From assembly GCA_038065235.1 (NCBI GenBank), contig JBBTRK010000005.1, positions 22,389-86,388 on the forward strand: 64,000 nt of DNA, given 5' to 3'. The stretch's first letter is position 1, and every line of letters begins with the position of its first letter. Under the pieces are notes generated by a model that searched no databases, was not told the DNA's origin, and worked only from the letters and a program-made list of their open reading frames with translations. Below, one piece after another: positions 29,609 through 39,002 of this stretch. Made by a program: the position numbers and the translations under genes. Source of the stretch: Patescibacteria group bacterium (lineage in GTDB: Bacteria; Patescibacteriota; Patescibacteriia; PEXW01).

Positions 29609-31684
29609 TTAGGTTTGCAGTTTCTGACGTCGACGTTCCAGAACGTACCCGGCAATAAGGATGACAATTGAAATACCACTCACGAGCCCGCCCATAGCGA
29701 GGCTCTTGGGTTGATACGAGAACGTCACGGTATGTGCACCCGTAGGCACAACTGCACCCAGGAATGTCGCATTTACTTGGAGTGGTTTAAATTTTTTTCC
29801 ATCCACGTTCACGTACCATCCTGGGTAAAACTGAAGGTTCGTTACGACGACCGTATTCCCCGTCGTGACGACGTTGAGCTTGAGGGCGGAGGTTTTACGA
29901 TGCACGACGCGGACGGTTGCCGTTGCGTTTGGGTCAATGACTGGGGGAATCCCAGCGACGAGTGCCTGAAATTTTAGATCGATTTCCTGTATTGCAGCAG
30001 GTCGAGTGGTTGCGACTAACTTCTGCACCGTATGGATCGGTTCTGGTTGATTGTTTGGTTTTGCCAACGTCCAAGACCCTTGTGTCGTGATTGCATGCCA
30101 ACCTGCAGGCAGTGGTTGGAGTGTGAGGAGGCTATCCACGCCAGTTACCTCTAGAACATTCGGGTTCGGATCGTGAATGACGAGTTGGTACTTCTTCACG
30201 ACAATGCTGTTCGTCCGCCATAGGTCGAGGTACAGCTGTGGGTAGAGCGAGTCGTAGCCAAGCACCGTTGGGATGTTGTATGGCATGAACTGGTCCAGAT
30301 CACTATCTTTTGCCCACATCCGGGATTGGGTTTGCAACGCCGCGTCGCGCAGGATAGAAGACTGCGGGTACAAGTTTGCAGCTGGTCCGAACGGGATCAC
30401 GTGTTGCCACTGCCAGAGCCCTGTGACGATGAGCCCGGTGACGGCTGCTGCACCGATCCACCGACGTTTCTGACCGAGCCATTCGATTCCCAATCCTGCT
30501 AGCACTGCCGCACCGAACGTGAGGAAGAACGAGAATCGCCAGACCGATGCGAGCGAGAGCGGGGGGATTGGCTTCCCGACAAGTAAGCCCTTTAGTGTTG
30601 GAAAGGCGATGAACAAACAGACAAGTATGACCATGCCTGCGGCGACACGCCACAGACGCCGGCGCCACATAACGAACGAGAGTAGACCGAGGAGTATAAC
30701 GACAGGACCCACGTAGAGGTTACCTTCGAGGTAGTTAGCCGGACCGCGGAAGTCTGAGTTGAAACCCAAGATGTTCGGGTCAACGACTGTTGCGAAGGCA
30801 CGGACGTTTCGGCTCTCAAGCTGGAAGAGATTTTTCGGATTGAGGAGGTAAGACCAGGTTTTGGGGCTGGCTTGGCGGTATGCTTGCTGCGATGCTTCGT
30901 AGTTCGGGATGAGCTGAACCGAAGCGAGGCCGAGGCCCAAGGCGAAGGCGAGCATGAAGAGTACCAGCCGTCTCTTCCATTGTGCCTTTTGCCAGAACGT
31001 GAGTGACCAAATGCCGGCAACGAGCAGCACGAGGAGTGCGACTTGGACTTGCCCACTGAGCACAGTCGCGGCGCAGAGTGCGGCGAGGCCAATGACCCAG
31101 CGCCAGGTGAGTGTGCGGTGTAGGCCATGAATTGCCCAGAGGAGCCACGGGAGGAACGCGACGACTGCGCTCATGATCCCAGTCGTGCTCCAGAGAATGA
31201 ATGGCGCACTGAGGATGAACGCAACTGCTGCGAAGAGGCGCGATGCGCGACGCCAGCCCCAGGCGCCGGCGCACAGGTAGAGCCCAAGCCCACCCAGGAG
31301 AAACTGTGAGAGGATGGTGAGCGTGAAGCTCACGGCTGGTGGGAATCCCCACCAGAGCGCCTTTACTGGTGAGAGGACGCCGGCTTGACCATTGGCGAAG
31401 AACGGAATCCCGCTGAAGGTGAGCGGGTTCCACAGTGGGAAGGTGCCCTGGTGAAGCATCGTGCTCGTGAATGCGTGGTACGGGTACGCTTGCACCAGTG
31501 CATCGCGGAGGAACGCCGTATCTACACTCGCCGTCGTCTGCAGGGGCATGAGCGTCGGGAGCGAGTCAACGGCAAGGGGTACGTACCCACGGAGCACTGG
31601 GCCGAAGAGGAAGAGCGTTACGCCGAGTATTACAACGACCGCAATGATTGGTCCGCGTCGGCAAAAGGTGATTAAGCGTGACAT
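29609..31684 (-). CDS. YfhO-family large membrane protein (putative glycosylation-related).
   Basis: ~690 aa with many TMs. N-terminal YPYHAF...FPLWNP...GQAGVLSP resembles YfhO. Confidence 0.45.
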   Translation of the reverse strand: MSRLITFCRRGPIIAVVVILGVTLFLFGPVLRGYVPLAVDSLPTLMPLQTTASVDTAFLRDALVQAYPYHAFTSTMLHQGTFPLWNPLTFSGIPFFANGQAGVLSPVKALWWGFPPAVSFTLTILSQFLLGGLGLYLCAGAWGWRRASRLFAAVAFILSAPFILWSTTGIMSAVVAFLPWLLWAIHGLHRTLTWRWVIGLAALCAATVLSGQVQVALLVLLVAGIWSLTFWQKAQWKRRLVLFMLAFALGLGLASVQLIPNYEASQQAYRQASPKTWSYLLNPKNLFQLESRNVRAFATVVDPNILGFNSDFRGPANYLEGNLYVGPVVILLGLLSFVMWRRRLWRVAAGMVILVCLFIAFPTLKGLLVGKPIPPLSLASVWRFSFFLTFGAAVLAGLGIEWLGQKRRWIGAAAVTGLIVTGLWQWQHVIPFGPAANLYPQSSILRDAALQTQSRMWAKDSDLDQFMPYNIPTVLGYDSLYPQLYLDLWRTNSIVVKKYQLVIHDPNPNVLEVTGVDSLLTLQPLPAGWHAITTQGSWTLAKPNNQPEPIHTVQKLVATTRPAAIQEIDLKFQALVAGIPPVIDPNATATVRVVHRKTSALKLNVVTTGNTVVVTNLQFYPGWYVNVDGKKFKPLQVNATFLGAVVPTGAHTVTFSYQPKSLAMGGLVSGISIVILIAGYVLERRRQKLQT

Positions 31685-31753
31685 ACAATAAGCCTAGGGG
31701 ATTTCTTACGCAGCGACAAACGATCAGTCGTCAGATAATGGCGACTATTCGTC

Positions 31754-31829
31754 TGGCGGACCCGAAGGGAATCGAACCCTCGATCTTCTCCGTGACAGGG
31801 AGACGTGTTAACCGCTACACTACGGGTCC
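31754..31829 (-). tRNA. tRNA-Asp (GUC), CCA-encoded.
   Basis: Reverse complement GGACCCGTAGTGTAGCGGTTAACACGTCTCCCTGTCACGGAGAAGATCGAGGGTTCGATTCCCTTCGGGTCCGCCA. Anticodon loop CTGTCAC. Confidence 0.93.
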
Positions 31830-31888
31830 AAATTTAAAGCTAGGCGATTGTAGCACGCTCACTTGAGCATGCCAAGTATAACCCTTAC

Positions 31889-33529
31889 TTACTCAGCATT
31901 CTGTAGTAATCGAAAATTTACTGAACGAAGGAGGATTCTCCCTGGGAGTGGTGGTATATCGCGTTTTACCCCTTCAAGCACCAGGGCGCCCTTTGGAATT
32001 TCTTTTGGTGCTCCTTGGAGCTTCGTCCCAGGTTCATTCCCAAGGTAGTAGAGGACGGTTGGCTCGTGGTCTAGGAAAATATTCTCGAGGTAGAGCGTTG
32101 CTGGTTTTTCCCGTTGGACTACAGTACGTGCTTCGCGCAGGAGGGGCTCACCTCGCGTAAGGGTGAATTCAGTTTTTTGGCCGAGGAGCGCGATGCACCC
32201 AATCCACAGGACGAGCGCGGTAACCATGGTACGCCACAGCCATAACCATTGGCGTTTGCGTGCAAGAACGGTAATTCCTATGACTGCGCCAACGGCGATT
32301 AGCGCTACGACCAGGCGCGTCGTGGTGTTCATCCAGCCGCCGACGTATTGCTCTGGCACGAGCCAGCGGCCAATGCCATTCCGGTCCACCATGCTCGGCA
32401 AGCGGCGAACGAACGTGAACACGCCCCAGCAAAGTAACCCGACGAATGGCCAACGAGTCGGCCAGCTGAACCATTTGGGAATCCACATGCCAATTATAAG
32501 TGCCAGGACAGGGTAGACCGGCAGTAGGTACCAGTCCGTTTTCGTGGCATTGATCGAGACGATCGCGGAGGTGACGACGAGGAAGAGCACCCAGAGGAGC
32601 ACGAGCTGGTCTCGCTTTTTCGCGAGTCGACCGAGTGACCAGACTAAAGCCGGGATGGCGAATGCAGCGAGTGGGAACGCGCGCTTCAGGAAGATGCCCC
32701 AGTACCAGTCTGGTCCGGCCGTGAAGCCGTAGAGGTTCTTCGATGCGCGAGTAATAATATCCTCGTTTACGTACTCCTGGATGAAGGCGCCGCCGCGAAT
32801 AGCAAGTTGTACCAGGATCCACGGTGCAACAATGAGGACGCCCAGGCCAATGGTTTGGAGCCAAACTTTTATGGGGTACAGTCGGAAGCGTTTGGTGAGC
32901 AGGAGGTGCAGGAGTATTGCCGCGCCCGCAAAGCCAACTGCCGTGAATTTCGTCAGGAAGGTGAGACCGAGCGCGATTGCCGTCAGCAAGAGCCAGCGGG
33001 GTTTCAACCAGCTGCGCCAGTACGACCACAGGGCGAGCAGGGAGAAGAACGTGAGCAAGCCGTCGGTCTCCCCAGTGCGGAAGGCGTGGTAGAAGAGGTA
33101 CCGGCCGCTCAGGAAAGCCAGCGTCGTAAACCACATTGCGGTATTCTTTTGCGTCGCCTGCCAGGCCCACAGCGCGATGAGCATGGTGGTGAGCACGCCT
33201 GCAGTCGCAGACCAGAAACGGATAGTCCACTCATTCTCACCGAACGCCGCGCTCACCACTCCCTGCAGCCAGAAGCGGAGCGGCGGCTTGCGAAAGTACG
33301 GTTCGTGGTTCCAGGTGAGCTCCAACCAGTCGCCAGACTGCAGCATCTCGTGTGTCACCTGTGCGTGGATGGCTTCGTCCCATTTTTCCAAGGGGTTGCT
33401 GCCAAGGCGCCAGAAGAAGAAACCGCCGGCCAATACGGCAATAGCGATGAAGGAGATTAGGGTATGGCGGGGGAGTGACATGGGGGAATTGTACCACTCC
33501 ATCATTGAATATAAACCAAGCGCACCCAC
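31889..33529 (-). CDS. GT-C fold glycosyltransferase (PMT/ArnT, GT39/83-like).
   Basis: WDEAIHAQVTHEM...YFRKPPLRFW first-loop motif plus >10 TM helices. Confidence 0.7.
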   Translation of the reverse strand: MGALGLYSMMEWYNSPMSLPRHTLISFIAIAVLAGGFFFWRLGSNPLEKWDEAIHAQVTHEMLQSGDWLELTWNHEPYFRKPPLRFWLQGVVSAAFGENEWTIRFWSATAGVLTTMLIALWAWQATQKNTAMWFTTLAFLSGRYLFYHAFRTGETDGLLTFFSLLALWSYWRSWLKPRWLLLTAIALGLTFLTKFTAVGFAGAAILLHLLLTKRFRLYPIKVWLQTIGLGVLIVAPWILVQLAIRGGAFIQEYVNEDIITRASKNLYGFTAGPDWYWGIFLKRAFPLAAFAIPALVWSLGRLAKKRDQLVLLWVLFLVVTSAIVSINATKTDWYLLPVYPVLALIIGMWIPKWFSWPTRWPFVGLLCWGVFTFVRRLPSMVDRNGIGRWLVPEQYVGGWMNTTTRLVVALIAVGAVIGITVLARKRQWLWLWRTMVTALVLWIGCIALLGQKTEFTLTRGEPLLREARTVVQREKPATLYLENIFLDHEPTVLYYLGNEPGTKLQGAPKEIPKGALVLEGVKRDIPPLPGRILLRSVNFRLLQNAE

Positions 33530-33563
33530 GGAGAGGTGCGCTCGGGCTAAAATTTAGGGTAAA

Positions 33564-33905
33564 TTACTTCGTTTCCTCGACGATCTTGGTGAATGCCTTG
33601 GGTTCGTGCTCGGCCAGGTAGGCCAGGATTTTCCGGTCCAGCTCCACGTGCGCCTGCTTCAGGCTGTGCATGAGTTTGGAATAAGTCGTGTCGTTCAAGC
33701 GGGCGGCGGCGTTGATCTTAATCTGCCACAGGCTGCGGGCTTCGCGCTTCTTCAGGCGGCGGTGGATGTAGGCGTAGCGGCCGGCTTTGCGGACGGCAAC
33801 TTTGGCCAGCTTGATGCTGGACTTGCGCTTCCAGCGGTAGCCCTTCGCTCGGGAGAGGAGGTTCTTGCGGTGCTTGACGTGGTGGGTGCCTCGTTTGACG
33901 CGCAT
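33564..33905 (-). CDS. rplT: 50S ribosomal protein L20.
   Basis: MRVKRGTHHVKHRK...INAAARLN. Confidence 0.95.
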   Translation of the reverse strand: MRVKRGTHHVKHRKNLLSRAKGYRWKRKSSIKLAKVAVRKAGRYAYIHRRLKKREARSLWQIKINAAARLNDTTYSKLMHSLKQAHVELDRKILAYLAEHEPKAFTKIVEETK

Positions 33906-33908
33906 AGG

Positions 33909-34106
33909 TTAGGCGTAGGGAGTGAGCTCACGAACTGCGCGCTCGTTGGTCTTGTGTGCCAACTTATCGCGGCGCTTGTTGCGGGTAATGTTGCCAGACT
34001 CACGGGCGTTGAAGTGGTCTTGGCCCGCGGCACGGCGAAGCAGCTTCCCCGTACCAGTCCGGCGGAAGCGCTTGGCTGTTGCTTTATGCGTCTTAATCTT
34101 CGGCAT
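33909..34106 (-). CDS. rpmI: 50S ribosomal protein L35.
   Basis: MPKIKTHKATAKRFRRTGTGK. Confidence 0.95.
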   Translation of the reverse strand: MPKIKTHKATAKRFRRTGTGKLLRRAAGQDHFNARESGNITRNKRRDKLAHKTNERAVRELTPYA

Positions 34107-34242
34107 AGGTATCGAATCTACCCCGTTTGGCGGGGTTCGTCAAGGGTGAGCGGAGAGATCCCGCCAGAAGCGTATTGCAGTGTGCCGGCGGGATGATGCT
34201 TCGGTCAGACTTTCATTCACAAAACGCTTTACCACCGAAGCA

Positions 34243-34755
34243 TCACTTCTTTCTCCGAATCAGGGCAGTGAGCCGCCCGCCCATGGAGCTCATGGGGGAA
34301 TCAACGACCACCCCTTCCCCGAGGCTGGTCACGAAGTCTTTCATGATTTGGCGAGCCAGGTCCATACGGGCTTTCTCGCGACCCCGCAGGATCATTTCCA
34401 GCTTCACTCGGTCACCTTGCTCGAAGAATTTCAGCGATTGGCTGCGGCGCATGTCCAGGTCGTGGGCGCCAATCTTCAAGGACAGGCGGATACCTTTAAT
34501 CTCCGATACCTTCATTTTCGCCTTCTGCTTCCGCTCAGCTTTCTCTTGCTGGTAGAGGTACGAGCCCCAGTCAATGATCTTACAGATCGGTGGGTTGGCC
34601 CGAGGGTTCACCTCAACCAGGTCGAGCTCTTGCTCTTTCGCTTGCCGAAGCGCTTGTTCGGTTGGCATTTTGCCAATGAACTTCCCCTCCGCATCAATAA
34701 TCTGGACTTCTGGTATACGAATTTGGAGATTGATGCGGAAACGTTTAGTACTAAT
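34243..34755 (-). CDS. infC: Translation initiation factor IF-3, probably AUU-initiated.
   Basis: The ATG ORF (34243..34668) lacks the IF3 N-domain. The frame stays open upstream and encodes STKRFRINLQIRIPEVQIIDAEGKFIGK, which matches the IF3 N-terminus. ATT at 34753-34755 is the first in-frame candidate after the stop at 34768-34770. Confidence 0.8.
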   Translation of the reverse strand: MSTKRFRINLQIRIPEVQIIDAEGKFIGKMPTEQALRQAKEQELDLVEVNPRANPPICKIIDWGSYLYQQEKAERKQKAKMKVSEIKGIRLSLKIGAHDLDMRRSQSLKFFEQGDRVKLEMILRGREKARMDLARQIMKDFVTSLGEGVVVDSPMSSMGGRLTALIRRKK

Positions 34756-34896
34756 ACGCGTCGGGGGTTAGGAAACGAGATGGATAGAGTATAGCAGAGA
34801 ACTGATACTTTTCGACAAGGCTGCTACCACAAAAATCTTTTTTCTGGATTGGAATAGAAAGACCCCGTGACAATTGTCATCGGGGTCAAAGGTGCT

Positions 34897-35121
34897 TTAC
34901 GCGGCGAATGTGTGTGTGCCGTACTTCGGACTGCAGTGCGGGCAACGGCGATGGATTATGCCATTACCCCAGCCCATTTTTTTCAAGAATTCAGCATGTT
35001 TTTCGTTGCGTATGCGGTCCTGCTCTTCCCTTGGAAGTTTTTGGAATGCCTCACATGCTTCTTGGAATTGTCTGATACAGGCACGAGTCGCCTCGTGTTC
35101 TTCCGGTGTTAATTCAGGCAT
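34897..35121 (-). CDS. Small CxxC-containing hypothetical protein.
   Basis: Strong AGGAGG RBS. 74 aa. Confidence 0.5.
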   Translation of the reverse strand: MPELTPEEHEATRACIRQFQEACEAFQKLPREEQDRIRNEKHAEFLKKMGWGNGIIHRRCPHCSPKYGTHTFAA

Positions 35122-35186
35122 TATTGCCTCCTTTGGTTTGTGACCTAAGTATACACCGGCTACAAAAAGACTTTAAGCGCAGTGAA

Positions 35187-35456
35187 TTATGCTTTACCCA
35201 ACGATTCCTTCAATATTGTCCGCAACGCGACTTTGCCTTTCGTCGTCTTGAAGTAGGCTTCGCGCCGTCGGGCTTCTGCGGCAGTTAGAAAACCTTCAAA
35301 GAAAATGAGTTTCAGTGGTCGGCGATTTGCCGTTGAAACGTTTTGGCCTGCGTTGTGGGCTTTCAGGCGTTCAGCCACGTCGCCGGTATATCCGATGTAG
35401 AGTTTTCGGTCCCTGAGGCTTTGGAGTACGTAGACGTAGCAAAAGTTTTCGTGCAT
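35187..35456 (-). CDS. GIY-YIG nuclease-domain protein.
   Basis: CYVYVLQS...LYIGYTGDVAERLKAHN. Confidence 0.7.
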   Translation of the reverse strand: MHENFCYVYVLQSLRDRKLYIGYTGDVAERLKAHNAGQNVSTANRRPLKLIFFEGFLTAAEARRREAYFKTTKGKVALRTILKESLGKA

Positions 35457-35622
35457 ACAAGCATTATAACGGAAGAGCCCCGCACCAGTCGCTACTCGCC
35501 TTGCGGCGAGGCTCCGGTGCAGGGCATGAACCACTCGTCACACTTTCATGGCTGGTCACTCTTCAGAAATTGGTACTGTACTAGAGTGGCTCGCCATGAA
35601 CCCGAGCGAAGCGAGTGGTTCA

Positions 35623-36026
35623 TGGTGGAGATGAGGGGTCTTGCGCCCCTGTCTAGAATGCGGCGGGCAGGTGGTCTACAGGTGTAGGGCGTTCACGGGT
35701 GTTTCGATTGTGCCGCATGGAGCGCCCAAGCTCGGCAGAATCTAGTGGAGGTGATTTTCGGTTGCGCTGTTACCACACCCACGCAACCTACGCCTGAATT
35801 ATGACACTCGCAATTCCCGCGCCAGGCCGCGGGGCGAATGGGTTATCGGTTTTTAAGCGAGAACCGGAGCAAAGCTGGGCATTGCGAACGCGTTAGCGAA
35901 CGCAGTCTTCACTTTGCTGACAATGTTATTGGCAGTTGTCAATTTGTCCAGCAGTTTCACGCCGTGCCGAACGAGGGCGACCCGCACACTTACCGTAATG
36001 CAATCTATCAACTAATGGACATCCCC
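35623..36026 (-). ncRNA. ssrA: tmRNA (ssrA).
   Basis: Lies immediately downstream of smpB. The 5' GGGGAUG pairs with 3' CAUCUCC-A-CCA to give a 7-bp acceptor stem with a G3-U70 wobble (the AlaRS identity element). A T-arm-like GGGG-CGCAAGA-CCCC sits before the 3' end. An internal tag frame reads ...ANAFAMPSFAPVLA with TAA at 35853-35855. Confidence 0.6.
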
Positions 36027-36163
36027 GAGGAGATTGTTAGTGATAACATGCTCTTCGTGGACGTTCAATGCTTATACTTTATGTTGCGCTGACAGAGAAC
36101 CAAGAACTGAGAACCGTGAACCAGAAAGTTCGGTTCTAAGTTCTTTGTTTTGTGTTCAAAGTT

Positions 36164-36616
36164 CTATCCCTTCTGCCGCATGGCGCGGGCGACGTCGCGG
36201 GCAACTTCACGTTTCTTTATGGACGACCGTTTATCGTGCGCTTTTTTTCCGCGCGCCAGGCCGACGCCGACTTTCACCAAACCTCGGTAGGTAAAGAATT
36301 TTAGCGGGATAAGCGTGCAGCCCGCGCTATGCATCTTGCCAATGAGGCTGGCAATCTCGTTGCGCTTCATGAGCAACCGACGATCACGATCTGGGACGTA
36401 GTGTGTCTGCACCGCGGCGGCCGGTTTGTATGGGCCGATGAACGCGTGCACCAGCCATAGGCTGCTCTCCCGTAAGCTCACATAGGCACCCTGCAGGCTC
36501 ACGTTGCCGCCCTTCACACTCTTCACCTCGGGGCCGGTTAGGGCAATACCCGCATCGTACGATTCCAGGATGTCGTAGTTAAAGGTAGCTTTTTTGTTGC
36601 GGGCGAGCTGGGGCAT
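36164..36616 (-). CDS. smpB: SsrA-binding protein SmpB.
   Basis: NKKATFNYDILESYDAGIALTGPEVKSVK. Start at MPQLARNKKA. Confidence 0.9.
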   Translation of the reverse strand: MPQLARNKKATFNYDILESYDAGIALTGPEVKSVKGGNVSLQGAYVSLRESSLWLVHAFIGPYKPAAAVQTHYVPDRDRRLLMKRNEIASLIGKMHSAGCTLIPLKFFTYRGLVKVGVGLARGKKAHDKRSSIKKREVARDVARAMRQKG

Positions 36617-36712
36617 AGAAGCAGTATAGCGCAGGTGTTCACGCCTGCGGGATAGAATAGCGGCCCGTGTCCTGGTGGGGAGCACGGGCCGACTGTTTAT
36701 TGTTTTTCTGCG

Positions 36713-37144
36713 TCAGGCGGCGATGGCACGATTGTGCAGAATGACCGGCGAGGAGTGGTTGCGCAACGTGCGCTCCAGGCTCCGTAGGTCGTCAGCGAAC
36801 TTGTACGCGGTGACGAATACTCCGTGGACATCGACTCCTAGATCTTCTTTGGCGTGCATACGGCACTGCGGTGATGCCTTACACTCCGCCGCAATGAGCA
36901 GGAGCTGGGCTCCAACCGGCTTACTATAGCCAAATGAGTGTAGGTAGATACGGTGGTCGTCACCAAGACAGGTTTTCGCCGTGTGCGTGAGGGCGAAGGT
37001 GGCGCGCTTCAGATCGATTGGATGCCCTTCGGTGCTGGGCTCAGGAAAATCTTCGTACTTTTCAAAACGGCAATTTCCATGATGTTGCATGTAGTTCCTG
37101 ATACCTTCGAAGAACTCCACAACGGATTGACGGTTTCTTGCCAA
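36713..37144 (-). CDS. Hypothetical protein.
   Basis: ORF with good coding appearance but no recognised motif. Confidence 0.4.
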   Translation of the reverse strand: MARNRQSVVEFFEGIRNYMQHHGNCRFEKYEDFPEPSTEGHPIDLKRATFALTHTAKTCLGDDHRIYLHSFGYSKPVGAQLLLIAAECKASPQCRMHAKEDLGVDVHGVFVTAYKFADDLRSLERTLRNHSSPVILHNRAIAA

Positions 37145-37247
37145 AACTGAACTCCTTTTGTTTTAGGTTTGGGCGTGACTGCGCACTTTAGGATATAGCT
37201 GTCGTCCTGTCAAGAGTCGAGTAACCTCTACGTGGTATACTCAGGCC

Positions 37248-38861
37248 ATGAACGTCCGCAAAGAACTACAAGAACTCATCACCAAGGTTGCCGGTGGTAC
37301 GCAAGCCAAAATTGAGCGCACGCCGCGACCAGATTTCGGCGACTATGCGACGAACGTTGCACTAGGATTGGCGAAGGTGGAAAATCAGAAGCCACATGAT
37401 ATTGCCGCAAAGCTCTCCGAGAAAGTTACTGCTCCGTACATCGCGAAGGTCAGTGTTGCTGGTCCGGGTTTCCTTAATATTACCCTGGACGACGCATGGC
37501 TTGTGGCGAAGGTAAAAGTGTTTGCGAAGTCTGCATCGTCACTCGTGAAGAGTACCGAGCATAAAGGCAAGCACGTGCACTTGGAGTTCATTTCTGCAAA
37601 CCCCACGGGTCCGTTGACCTTGGCGAATGCGCGCGGTGGCTTCCTGGGCGACGTGCTGGGTAACGTGCTACAACGTACCGGCTACAAAGTCTACCGCGAG
37701 TATTACGTCAACGACCGCGGTAACCAGGTGAGCGTGCTGGCCGAGTCTGTGCTGCGCCGGTACTTTCAGCAGCAGGGGATTACCATCGACTACCCGGAGA
37801 CGTGCTACCAGGGCGTGTACATCGACGAGCTCGCCCGCAAGCTGAAGCTGCCCAACTACAAGATGACGGACGTGGCCAAGCTCAACGATATCCGCGACAA
37901 GATAAAGGATAAGGTTGTGGCCATCATGCTCAAGGAGCTCCAGCGTGTTGTTGCAAAGAGTATGAGCATTACGTTCGATAATTGGCTTTCAGAAAAAGCC
38001 CTGGTTGCTACGGGCATCGTGGAAAAACTTTTGGCCACGTTCAAAGCCAAGGGTTTGATTTTTGAAAAAGACGGTGCCACATGGCTGGCCACGACAAAGT
38101 TCGGTGACGATAAAGATCGGGTGCTCATAAAAAAGGATGGTGAGATGACGTATTTCCCGCCGGACATTGCCAACCACTACTTAAAGTTCACCAAGCACAA
38201 GGCAGACGTTGCTATTAACATCCTGGGTGCAGACCACCACGGCTACATTGGCCGAATGGCTGCGGCGATTGCGGGTATGGGTATCGACCCCAAGAAATTC
38301 CAGCCAATCATCATTCAGTTCGTGCGGCTCATCCGCGACGGGCAAGAGGTGAAGATGTCCAAGCGGCGGGGGACGTACGTGGAAGCTGAGGAAATCGTGC
38401 AGGAGGTCGGCCTGGATGCCGCACGGTTCTTCTTCCTCATGTACGACGTGAATTCGCACATGGATTTCAACCTCGACGTGGCGAAGGAGCGGAGCGAGAA
38501 GAACCCGGTGTACTACGTGCAGTATGCCCACGCCCGCATCTGCAGCATCCTGGCCAAGGTGAAGGCACTGCCCGCGGCGAAATTAAAACCCGGAGCATTG
38601 CACCCCTCGGCGCGGAAGCTTATACTGGAACTCCTCCGTTGGCCTGAAGTGCTAGAAGACGTGAGCCGCGACTACGGCGCGCAACGCATCCCGCAGTACG
38701 CGCTCGACCTCGCCCGGACGTTCCACGATTTCTACACGCAAGTGCGGGTGATTGATAACGACAGAGTGCAACCATTGCCCCTCACGCTCACCCGCGCGAC
38801 GAAGAATGTGCTCGAAGATGTCCTCGAAACGCTCGGCATCACTGCGCCGGTGAAGATGTGA
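37248..38861 (+). CDS. argS: Arginine--tRNA ligase.
   Basis: ANPTGPL...ARGG (HIGH-region variant) and KMSKRRG. Confidence 0.9.
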   Translation: MNVRKELQELITKVAGGTQAKIERTPRPDFGDYATNVALGLAKVENQKPHDIAAKLSEKVTAPYIAKVSVAGPGFLNITLDDAWLVAKVKVFAKSASSLVKSTEHKGKHVHLEFISANPTGPLTLANARGGFLGDVLGNVLQRTGYKVYREYYVNDRGNQVSVLAESVLRRYFQQQGITIDYPETCYQGVYIDELARKLKLPNYKMTDVAKLNDIRDKIKDKVVAIMLKELQRVVAKSMSITFDNWLSEKALVATGIVEKLLATFKAKGLIFEKDGATWLATTKFGDDKDRVLIKKDGEMTYFPPDIANHYLKFTKHKADVAINILGADHHGYIGRMAAAIAGMGIDPKKFQPIIIQFVRLIRDGQEVKMSKRRGTYVEAEEIVQEVGLDAARFFFLMYDVNSHMDFNLDVAKERSEKNPVYYVQYAHARICSILAKVKALPAAKLKPGALHPSARKLILELLRWPEVLEDVSRDYGAQRIPQYALDLARTFHDFYTQVRVIDNDRVQPLPLTLTRATKNVLEDVLETLGITAPVKM

Positions 38862-39002
38862 CGTTTCGGTGCAACCAATGTTTTCTCCAAAGTGTACTAT
38901 TTCCCGAAACGTCATCCCGCAGGCAGCTTGATGCAAAAATTCTTGCGGGATCTCGGCCTGTGCTATCCTGAACTCATCCCTCGCAGCTCATCCGATAGAA
39001 GT

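Noticed and set aside
33606-34196. 196-aa plus-strand ORF.
   Set aside because: Antisense to the unmistakable rplT and rpmI genes.
35690-35720. tRNA-like T-arm (GGGTGTTTCGATTGTGCC) on the plus strand.
   Set aside because: No complementary stem for a T-arm or acceptor could be built. It lies inside the tmRNA on the other strand.
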